From Octopus bimaculoides (lineage: Eukaryota): a stretch of DNA of 36,983 bases. The DNA is taken from positions 8,913,028 through 8,950,010 of the forward strand of contig NC_068993.1 of the NCBI RefSeq assembly GCF_001194135.2, written 5' to 3'. The notes beneath the pieces were generated by a model. The model had not been told where the DNA came from. It made no database searches and saw only the letters and a list, made by a program, of their open reading frames with translations. The first letter of the stretch is position 1; every line of letters starts with the position of its first letter. This document shows positions 24,616 to 34,246 of the stretch, piece by piece. The translations under genes were made by a program, and so were the position numbers.

Positions 24616-24755
24616 ATGGCATTCCATTCCTGCTGAAGTGGTACTTTTCTATATATTTGTACCGTACACCAGGAATGGTGTAGACCGGTTTTGCTGGATT
24701 GTCCGTCGCCAAATTTACTTCAATCTTGAAAACCTTACCATTCTTGTCTGGTCGA
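24616..24755 (-). CDS. S1A serine protease, exon between His57 and Asp102 (not in ORF track)
   Basis: Acceptor ctcttttatttccag|T, donor T|gtgagt. 140 nt, open, and its phase 2 start and phase 1 end match both neighbours. Translates RPDKNGKVFKIEVNLATDNPAKPVYTIPGVRYKYIEKYHFSRNGMP(Y). Confidence 0.9.
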
Positions 24756-24774
24756 CTGGAAATAAAAGAGCGAA

Positions 24775-24837
<63 letters not shown>

Positions 24838-24864
24838 TCATCATCATCTCATCATCTCATCATC

Positions 24865-24945
<81 letters not shown>

Positions 24946-25060
24946 ACTGCTGCTACTACTACTACTATTGCTGCTGCTGCTGCTGCCGCTTCTGCTGCCA
25001 CTACTATTACTACTACTGCTGCTGCTACTACTACTACTACTACTACTGATAATGATGATG

Positions 25061-25096
<36 letters not shown>

Positions 25097-25194
25097 TTAC
25101 TACTACTACTACTATTACTACTACTGCTGATGATGCTGCTGCTACTACTACTACTACTACTACTATTAACCCCGAAGGGATGAAAGATTAATTT

Positions 25195-25467
25195 TGCCTT
25201 CAGCCCTCCTAGATCGATTAAATGAAGTAGCAATCGAGTACATTAGGGAAAATAGTATTGACTTACCCCTCCCCTCAAATCTGCTGACCTTGCACCTAAA
25301 TTAGAAACCATTATTATTCTGAATTGACCGAATCGTTAGAGCGTCAGACAAAATGCCTTGCGACACTTATTCCGGCTTTTTTTACCTTCAGAGTTCAAAT
25401 CCCACTGAGGTCAACATTGCCTTTCGTCCTTTCAGGGTCGATGAAATAAAGTCCCAGTTGAGCACTA
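25195..25467 (+). mobile_element. Two partial, diverged SINE B copies in a protease intron
   Basis: 3' half at 25195-25315, then a 5' part at 25322-25467. Confidence 0.7.
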
Positions 25468-25469
25468 AC

Positions 25470-25790
25470 TAAAGACTAAACCAGTCTCATTCTCTTTCTT
25501 CCTGGGTTAGGAAACGTTCAAGGAAGCCAGCTGGATTTATCTTAAACGAAGTCATATTTTCCCGCTTGGTGCGCTTTTGATCAGAAGACGTGGCACCCAC
25601 CGAGCAGAAACCTTCGGCATACCAAGTCCATTGTGCAGAATATTCTCGACTCTCTCACGGGATTTGCTAATAGCATAGGCTGTTCGATTTATAGTCAATC
25701 ACCAGTCATCCATCACCATGTGATGAACACGATCAATGTTTTCCTCAGTGGTGACAGTTGTAGTTGTGTGTCTCCAACGTAACGGAACAC
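25470..25790 (-). pseudogene. Mariner transposase remnant in a protease intron
   Basis: Translates TVTTEENIDRVHHMVMDDW*LTINRTAYAISKSRERVENILHNGLGMPKVSARWVPRLL, then after deletions NPAGFLERFLTQ. The element may extend to about 26000. Confidence 0.88.
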
Positions 25791-26089
25791 TCGTCGGTAA
25801 CACAATATTCCAGCTGCTTACACTAACAAGCTTTAACTTCCCAGTAAAATCTACTAATCGCTACAAGTGTCCCAATAAGAAGCAAGCACAGGATGCAAGC
25901 GGTATTTGAGGACATATTTGGTAATTTTGTAAAGATTATTATATGAATATGCCTTCAGCTTCGATGTCTGCTTCAATGTGAGACCTTTCAATTGATTTTT
26001 CTCCCCAGTAATATATCGATAATTAAGTATCTTCAAATACGCCTTGAACCCTAATGGCTCAAGTTAAAGAAACGGAGCTCAACACTTAC

Positions 26090-26258
26090 ACACAATGTGC
26101 AGCCGTTATAACTTTATCTCTGGCAATCAATGATGCGCCACACATTTGTGTATAGTCCTCGTAATTATGCTCCCGTAGTATTCTTAAATTGACGATCCAA
26201 GGGAAATTACAATGAGATACTGACTTTCCATTCACAATTCGCGAGGTTTTCGATGACA
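26090..26258 (-). CDS. S1A serine protease, first identified coding exon (propeptide end, activation site, catalytic His)
   Basis: Acceptor ttttcag|TG (phase 1), donor GT|gtaagt (phase 2). Translates xSSKTSR|IVNGKSVSHCNFPWIVNLRILREHNYEDYTQMCGASLIARDKVITAAHC(V); contains R|IVNG, PW, CGASLI and TAAHC motifs. Confidence 0.97.
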
Positions 26259-26274
26259 CTGAAAAATAGAAAAC

Positions 26275-26346
<72 letters not shown>

Positions 26347-26411
26347 GGATGGATGGATGGATACATACATACATACATACATACATACATACATACATAC
26401 ATACATACATA
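26275..26411. repeat. Compound tetranucleotide microsatellite (GATA)n(GATG)n(TACA)n just upstream of the protease acceptor site
   Basis: Read directly from the sequence. Confidence 0.95.
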
Positions 26412-26580
26412 CGCAGAACTATTGAGAAATCTGCAGTTACTCTATCCAGATTACAAGTTCAGGTTAATACCTGTAATTATTGGGGCACTGGATATGTAAC
26501 AAACTGCCTGAATACCAGTCTTGAGAAATTAGGCTTCTCAAAACCAGAAAGGAGGAAGTTGATTTTACAATTCACAGGAA
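26410..26580 (+). mobile_element. Short fragment of a different RLE-type non-LTR retrotransposon ORF end
   Basis: YAELLRNLQLLYPDYKFRLIPVIIGAL(frameshift)GYVTNCLNTSLEKLGF matches the KY.eL...PiviGalG pattern at the C-terminus of RLE domains. Confidence 0.65.
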
Positions 26581-26633
26581 TTGGGGCTTGGGGCCTAGAG
26601 TAGAAAAGAATATTAATTATAGATAAAATGCTA

Positions 26634-26824
26634 TGAGTTGGCAGAATCGTTAGTGCTCCGGAAAAAATGCTTCTGAGTTCAAATTCCACCAAAGTCGACT
26701 TTGCCCTTCATCGTTTCGAGATCGATAAAATAGGTACCAGTCCAGTACTGGGGGTCAATGTAATCGACTTACCGTTTACCCCTTCTCACGAAATTGCTGG
26801 CCTTGCGGAAAAATTTGAAACCAA
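26634..26824 (+). mobile_element. SINE family B
   Basis: gagttggcagaatcgttag...gagttcaaattccacc...ctggggtcaatgtaatcgactt. Confidence 0.85.
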
Positions 26825-27334
26825 AATATATGTATGGAATTAGGACAACGATTTCTGTTGGTAAACTATATTAGCAAAAGTGAAACACCTCTATTACGCC
26901 CAGTAAAGTACGGCAAAGTAGAGATGTTTGCTGTACTGACGTAACTAAACAAATCCGCCATTTTAAGACGGATGTTTATAATAGAACTATATAACGGTTG
27001 GGGGAGGAACGCTTGCTGTTCTGCTTGTGATATTCAAGTATCGGTATGGCATTGATGTTATGTAGCATGGTGAACACGTGATGTATGTTACCTGAGACAT
27101 AGAGGAAAGAATGCTGGTAAAAAGGTAATAATGGTGGGTGGATGGATAGATGGACGGATGGAGGGGCATTGTAGGGGTGGTGGCTAAAGAGTGGTTTGGG
27201 CTGCAAGTAGTAGTAGTAGTGGATAGAGTTGAGGGTGATGGCGGTAGTGGTTATTGTAGGGGGGTGGTTATTTTTGAGGAGGCGAACGTGGTGTTAATGG
27301 GGTGATGATGGCTTTTACAAGATTTGCAAAGCGG

Positions 27335-27438
27335 GTGGAAATTGGTGGAAGTTGGTGGAAATTGGTGGAAATTGGTGGAAATTGGTGGAAATTGGTGGAA
27401 GTTGGTGGAAATTGGTGGAAATTGGTGGAAGTTGGTGG
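27335..27438. repeat. 10-bp tandem repeat (ggtggaa(a/g)tt) x10
   Basis: Read directly from the sequence. Confidence 0.92.
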
Positions 27439-27645
27439 CGGTAATTGTAGGAGTGATGGGTGGTGCGGTTAGGATTGTGAGGAGGAGTGATTAAGGTGCT
27501 GGTTTGTTTTTTCTTTTTTTTTTTCGTGTTGTGGGGTACTAGTGTCATAGTACTACGAGCGATGGTCTTGAAGTGGTATATTAGTGACAATGAACAATGA
27601 GGGTGTCGGTGGTAGTACAAGTGCTGAGGTTAGTGCTTTTGGTGA

Positions 27646-27651
<6 letters not shown>

Positions 27652-27730
<79 letters not shown>
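27652..27730. repeat. (AGT)n microsatellite
   Basis: Read directly from the sequence. Confidence 0.97.
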
Positions 27731-27732
<2 letters not shown>

Positions 27733-27799
27733 AGGTCATGATTGGGTGAGACAATGCCAGAGTTATTAATTTAAAGATTGAGAAATAAGTGTGTGAGAC

Positions 27800-27841
<42 letters not shown>

Positions 27842-28166
27842 GTAATAATAACAATAATCCTTGCATGGAACTTTTAATGCATCGTTACGTGCGTTTCCAC
27901 AAATTGTATGTCTCTTAAGATCACAGTCCGTATTCCTGGGATGATTACAGTGTCGTCCGTAGTATCCATGGGCATCGGATAGATCATTTTCATGGAATCA
28001 TTTCTTCAGACGATATAGTATTAATGGATGTTTAACTGAGGTCGTTTATCACTCTTGGCCAGTGAGAAGGTCGACTGAGGAATAATAAAGCTGTGGCCGG
28101 CATAATGAAATAGGAACTTTATTTGCATATTCTAAACGTTTCCCGTGAACAAATTTAAAAGATATA

Positions 28167-28398
28167 CAGTTATCCCTCGACTATCGCGAGTGTTACGTTC
28201 CAAAATCCCTCGCGATAGGCGAAAATCCGCGATAGGTGAAAATCCGCGAAGTAGAAACAGTACTGAGCTGTATAGATTCTTTTTTTTTTTGTTTTTATAA
28301 TTTGTATATATTTATTTTATTATAAGTGCAAAACAACACCACGGATGAATCGACGTAAGCTTAAATAATATAAACCGCGATATGGCGAAGGGTTACTA
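28167..28398. mobile_element. pogo/Tigger-like MITE, 232 bp
   Basis: TIRs cagttatccctcgactatcgcg / cgcgatatggcgaagggttacta with TA flanks (28165-66, 28399-400); no ORF. Confidence 0.8.
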
Positions 28399-28802
28399 TA
28401 TGTATGTATATATATATACATTTATATATATATAACAATTTGAGTTGATAAACATATATAAACATACGTACATACATGCATACATACATACGTGTGTGTG
28501 TGTGTGTGTGTTGAATGTGGGTGGTATTTAGAAGAGAGTGTGACAAAGAAGAGAAAAACCTGTTCATAGAGGAAAACAAAACGCCTACCAGGCAAAAATG
28601 AAGATAATTGAAAGCGTATCTTCAGAACTATTTAAGTGTTCCAGAAAACACGTTACAATGTGTTTACCAATTTAAACAGAACGGCGCTCAAGTGTTTGAA
28701 CCATTGTTTACGAATGTTGAATAAACACGGCACCGTCTGTTATAGTCGTAAATTCTTTGATCGTAAGCTCCTGTAGTTATATTGTGTTCGGTATTGCCTA
28801 TT

Positions 28803-28867
<65 letters not shown>

Positions 28868-29494
28868 NNNNNNNNNNNNNNNNNNNNNNNNNNNNNNNNN
28901 NNNNNNNNNNNNNNNNNNNNNNNNNNNNNNNNNNNNNNNNNNNNNNNNNNNNNNNNNNNNNNNNNNNNNNNNNNNNNNNNNNNNNNNNNNNNNNNNNNNN
29001 NNNNNNNNNNNNNNNNNNNNNNNNNNNNNNNNNNNNNNNNNNNNNNNNNNNNNNNNNNNNNNNNNNNNNNNNNNNNNNNNNNNNNNNNNNNNNNNNNNNN
29101 NNNNNNNNNNNNNNNNNNNNNNNNNNNNNNNNNNNNNNNNNNNNNNNNNNNNNNNNNNNNNNNNNNNNNNNNNNNNNNNNNNNNNNNNNNNNNNNNNNNN
29201 NNNNNNNNNNNNNNNNNNNNNNNNNNNNNNNNNNNNNNNNNNNNNNNNNNNNNNNNNNNNNNNNNNNNNNNNNNNNNNNNNNNNNNNNNNNNNNNNNNNN
29301 NNNNNNNNNNNNNNNNNNNNNNNNNNNNNNNNNNNNNNNNNNNNNNNNNNNNNNNNNNNNNNNNNNNNNNNNNNNNNNNNNNNNNNNNNNNNNNNNNNNN
29401 NNNNNNNNNNNNNNNNNNNNNNNNNNNNNNNNNNNNNNNNNNNNNNNNNNNNNNNNNNNNNNNNNNNNNNNNNNNNNNNNNNNNNNNNNNNNNN

Positions 29495-29529
<35 letters not shown>

Positions 29530-29546
29530 GGAGTATATATATATAT

Positions 29547-29591
<45 letters not shown>

Positions 29592-30220
29592 CAACAAGGA
29601 AAAAGCTTGACATTATAACGCAACTAGAATGTGTCGGCAAGTCGCTCCGTATCAAGGTGAAGTTAGTCAAGAAGCTATGATAATCAGAGAATGCTGCAGA
29701 AGCGCACGCTATCTCTCTCAGAATTCGATATAAATATATTTTTGCTCCCACATGCAAGTGCTTCTCGACCTCTGATAACATTTGATAAGCTCTCTGCATT
29801 TTCAGCCAACAGCAACATCACCAGAGCACCATCGCCACCACCACCAATCGCCATGTTGGGTTCCAAATTTGTATTCAAATAACAAACTTTGTTGCTAACA
29901 CGTTATTAAGTGGGCAGTGATAAGAACAGTTAAGTTCAATTAAAACTTCTCCATCTTTGAACTAAAAATATTTTGTGTAAGTCAGACGAAAAGATAAAGA
30001 CGAACAAAAAACGATAAAGTGATAGTATGTTGTCAAATTAATGTAACAGTCCCATGAAAGGGAAGAATACTAGTTACTTAGCCCTAGGAAACACCGTTTC
30101 CTGTTGGACTTGACACAAATCCTGTGTCCTTATGTTTTCAAAGGGGAGATAAGCACTTCCACCCAGCAAAGCCAGCATCCAGAGACTAGTTTCAGTCATT
30201 GCTCATCCTCAAAAAAAAAC

Positions 30221-30670
30221 GGTTTCAAATTTTGGGAAATTTGGTGAGAGGGGCTAAGTCGATTACATAGGTCCCTGTGCTCAACTGCTGTTGGTTTTAT
30301 CGATCTCCTGAAGGATAAAAGCAAAGCCGACATCGCTGGAATTTGAGCTCAGAACGTAAAGACGGACGACATACCGCTAAGCATTTTCCCCGGAATGCTA
30401 ACGGTTCTACCAGCTCGCCACCTTAAGTAACAAAAAATAACAACAGCGATCAATTGGTTTCAAATATCGGCACAAGGCCAGCAATTTGGGGGGAAGGGAT
30501 AAGTCGATTACATGGACCCCAGTGCTCAGATGGTACTTATTTCATCGATCTCCAGAAAGATGAAAGGCAAAGTCGACCTCAGCAGAATTTGAACTCGGAA
30601 CGTAAAGACGGACAAAATACCGCTAAGCATTTTTGTCCGGCGAACTAACGATTCTGCCAGCTCACCGCCT
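30221..30670 (-). mobile_element. Two tandem SINE B copies (30221-30422 and 30454-30670)
   Basis: Both align to 21011-21211. Confidence 0.9.
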
Positions 30671-30987
30671 TAACACAAACAGATAATAACAATAGCGACT
30701 AATTAAGAAAACTAATTAAAAACTAATTAAAAAACAACCATTACTACTACTACTACTACTACTACTACTACAACCACTGCTGCTGCTGCCACAGGAAGTG
30801 CAGTATCTGAAACAACAGCGATAGAAGCACCCTCTTCCCCATTGTAAAGAAACTTAAAGAAGGGAGATAATAGTAACATCAACAGCTATTGCTGCAAAAA
30901 CTGATTAAAAGATACTGGGGTAAGTTCAAATATGTGTGGGTGGTAGGGTGTGTATGTGTGTATGTATGCATATATGCATATGCATGC

Positions 30988-31020
<33 letters not shown>

Positions 31021-31130
31021 AGCGTGAGCATTTACATATGCATATGTATACATATCTATATCTATATCTGCATGTTTCTTATTTTCATTTTCACTTTCTC
31101 CCCTCTTTCTCTCTGTCTCTTTCTCTCATA

Positions 31131-31173
<43 letters not shown>

Positions 31174-31248
31174 TTGTGTGCGTACATACATACACACAAA
31201 CACATACACACACCACACACATATATCCATATATGAGTATGAAAACTG

Positions 31249-31282
<34 letters not shown>

Positions 31283-32281
31283 TGTATATATGTATATAGC
31301 ACGAGAACTCTTGGTTAGAAACAGAAAGACAACATCGTTCAATATTTAGTCACAATGTTTGTATCCTTTGAATATTCATCCGACAGATGGATTCACAGTT
31401 TCCACTTTGTCGGCCTTTTTCAGGAATTTCACAGTCGATTTCCTAATGTACAATATTCAAATGAGCAAAAAGGAAGGAAAAAACAAATGAAAATTACGCA
31501 AAACCAATCTCTAGAAAAACGTCAAAAAACATCTTCGACAATAATAAAAGATTAATAATGGCGCCGAAGATTGTGGTAAACATTGAATGAAAACTGTGTA
31601 AATAAATAGTAATTTTAAAGAATAATAAAATATACGAAAACTTTCTTTTTAAATCATATTTAAATAAAAGTAATTTTAAATCAAAAGATTTGACGAGATT
31701 AGAGCGTGGACCGGAAGTCTCTAGAACATTTGTACACGTTAACATACGGTTTCTATATGGATAGTCATATCTAGGAACATTATGTGGTATAATCCGCCGC
31801 ATAGCCCTGAAGTTTATACGGAGAATAAAGTACATGTTCTCTCTCTCTCTCTTTCTCTCTCGCACTGACGAAGTATTATTTTTGCTCGAAACTTCCACGT
31901 CTCTACTTTCTCAAAATAAACCAACTTATTCACTTATTCTACCAAATTGAATTGTTTTAACACACAAATTACCAACTCAAAATATTGCTCAAGATGTATC
32001 CACCGTCTCAAGATCCTGCTGTTAACTGTCCACATAGTCTCCACCAAGATTATATATCTGTAAGCAGAACATCAAACTTTATTATTGCCTGCATGGCCAA
32101 ATTGAGGAAACCGTCAGTTACATCCAATCTGGATTCTTTATTCTGGACATATCAAAATACATTACAGGACATATCAAGGTGTTGCTGTCTATATCCAATT
32201 AAAACAAGATGATAAAGATGATGATGATTATCATGGTCATTATCATCATCATCATCATCATCGTTGTTGTTGTTGTTGTTA

Positions 32282-32398
32282 CATCGATCCCAATGCTTGA
32301 TTAGAACTTAATTTATCAACTCCGAAAAGATGAAGGGCAAAGTCAACCTCGGCAAAATTTGAAAGTAGAATTTAAAGACGGACGAAATGCTGCAAAGC
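32282..32398 (-). mobile_element. SINE family B, partial and diverged
   Basis: catcgatcccaatg...aaagtcaacctcggcaaaatttgaa...gacggacgaaatgc. Confidence 0.7.
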
Positions 32399-32532
32399 GC
32401 ACATATGGTTGTGATGCATGTACCAGGTGTACCCTTATCAGACGGATAGTCATGATGGGTATACTGGGCTTTATATATTTCACCCCAGTGTCACTTTGAT
32501 GGCATGCACTGCTCTCTTACTCAATGATGATG

Positions 32533-32592
<60 letters not shown>
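32399..32592 (+). mobile_element. Second, shorter copy of the same retroelement 3' end plus (AAT)n tail
   Basis: Direct similarity to 16578-16719. Confidence 0.8.
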
Positions 32593-33412
32593 GGACTGAA
32601 AGCAGAGACGGAAGGTTTCATACTGGCGGCACAAGACCAAAGCTTGCTCACAAAAAAACTACCAGGTTAACGTTCTTCAAAACGGTTCTGACCCTAAATG
32701 CAGATTCTACGACACATTTGACGAAACAATAGACCATCTCGTCTCGGGATGTCCTGTGTTGACACCAAACGAATATAAAAATCGCCACGATAGGGTAGGA
32801 CGGTATTTACATTGGAAAATATGTAAACACTATAAAATCAGTACCCCTACTTACTGGTACGAACATCATCCTAAGTCAATCGTTGAAGGTAAAAATGTCA
32901 CTATCCTCTGGGATTTTTCAGTCTACACTGACAGAACGATCCAGGCTAATCGACCAGACATAATTATTAAAGACAAGGAAGAAAATACTTGTGCACTAAC
33001 GAATGTAAGTGTTCCAATGATAAAAATATATCTGTCAAAGAATTTGACAAACTAAGTAAATATAAGGACCCGGAAATTGAAATACAAAAGATGTGGCATC
33101 TTAAAGCGAGAACTGTTCCTGTTATTGTAGATGCCATAGGTATGATAAAAAAGGGGACGTCAGAAACATCTAGGTAAGATCCCTGGAGAACCATGTCTCA
33201 GAGAAATCCAAAAGACTGTGCTGACAAGTACTGCTTATATCCTTAGAAAAAGCCTATCCATTTAAATGTTTGTGTTGTATTACTTGAAGATACTTCACTA
33301 CCTCCCCTCCCCAAGCTTTCAGTCACACTGTAACATCTCTTATCCTTCACTCACCCCAGGACGCTGGGTGTATCTCGGCAAGTGACTGTAACAAAGATGC
33401 AGATTAAAAGTA
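32593..33412 (+). mobile_element. 5'-truncated R4/Dong-type non-LTR retrotransposon (zinc knuckle, restriction-like endonuclease, 3' UTR)
   Basis: With three frameshifts it reads GLKAETEGFILAAQDQSL..CRFYDTFDETIDHLVSGC..RHDRVGRYLHW..ILWDFSVYTDRTIQANRPDIII..KLSKYKD..VPVIVDAIG..LRKSLSI* (stop 33263-65). (AAT)n lies on both sides. Confidence 0.9.

Positions 33413-33497
<85 letters not shown>
33413..33497. repeat. (AAT)n microsatellite at the 3' end of the Dong-type LINE
   Basis: Read directly from the sequence. Confidence 0.97.
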
Positions 33498-33954
33498 GTA
33501 ATATACAGCCAATAACTCACCTAACGGAAGGCAGGACAATACCACTAAAACCGCCGTGACATATTTGTTGTTCAACTGGTTAGCTTTAGATGCCATTTCT
33601 ACCTCGAAGTTGTATCCAAACCAATTCCCAGAAAAATACTGGCTTTTATTTACTGAATCGTACGATCGATAACAAACGCTGATATGTGTGTGCGTGTGTG
33701 AGAGAGGGGGAAGAGAGAGAGAGAGAAAGAGCGTGTGTGTATGTGTGAGAGAGAGAGAGAGAGTAGGTGTGCATGTGTGTGTGTATGTGTGTGTTGTGTG
33801 AGAAGGTGTGTGTATGTGTGTGCGTGCTTGTTTGTGAGATTTTTGCAGTTTTTGCCTTTTTTGTACTTTTTATTAATCATCTGGCTTTAACAGTCAATCA
33901 TCTGGCATGACAGTCAATCACCAACCATACTTGCGTAAATACAAAGTATAAATC

Positions 33955-34009
<55 letters not shown>

Positions 34010-34011
<2 letters not shown>

Positions 34012-34246
34012 CCTTTCTACTATAGGCTCAAGGCCTGAAATTTTGGAGGAGGGGGGCTAGTCGATTAGATCGACCCAATACGTAACTGGTACTTAATTTA
34101 TCAATAAAAATAATAATAATAATAACAATAATAATTCTTTCCACTATAGGCACAAGGCCTGAAATTTGGGGAAGGTGGATAGTCGATTACATCGACCTCA
34201 ATGTTTCACTTGTAGTTATTTTATCGACTCCGAAAGGATGAAAGGC
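34010..34246 (-). mobile_element. Two SINE B 3' fragments, each with an (ATT)n tail
   Basis: cctttctactataggc(t/a)caaggcctgaaattt occurs at 34012 and 34137, each preceded by (AAT)n on the plus strand. Confidence 0.85.

Noticed and set aside
25854-26036. ORF KILNYRY...YRLHPV as the missing His-to-Asp exon
   Set aside because: No phase-compatible splice sites; 24616-24755 fits both phases exactly, and this segment adjoins a mariner remnant.
27068-27130. Minus-strand donor cag|gtaaca as the end of protease exon 1
   Set aside because: The phase-1 frame (LLPFYQHSFLYVS) is not signal-like, and the ATG frames are phase 0.
30150-30200. Minus-strand MTETSLWMLALLG as the signal-peptide exon
   Set aside because: Hydrophobic core is short and the phase-1 donors (gtggaa, gtgctt) are poor; cannot be supported without RNA data.
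31555-31720. YY1-like aatggcg and ETS ccggaagt motifs
   Set aside because: Only two short motifs about 150 bp apart in AT-rich DNA; insufficient for a promoter call.
31494-31898. 134-aa minus-strand ORF with hydrophobic end MFTTIFGAIINLLLL
   Set aside because: No recognisable domain, AT-rich composition, and the only good donor is phase 2, incompatible with the protease exon.
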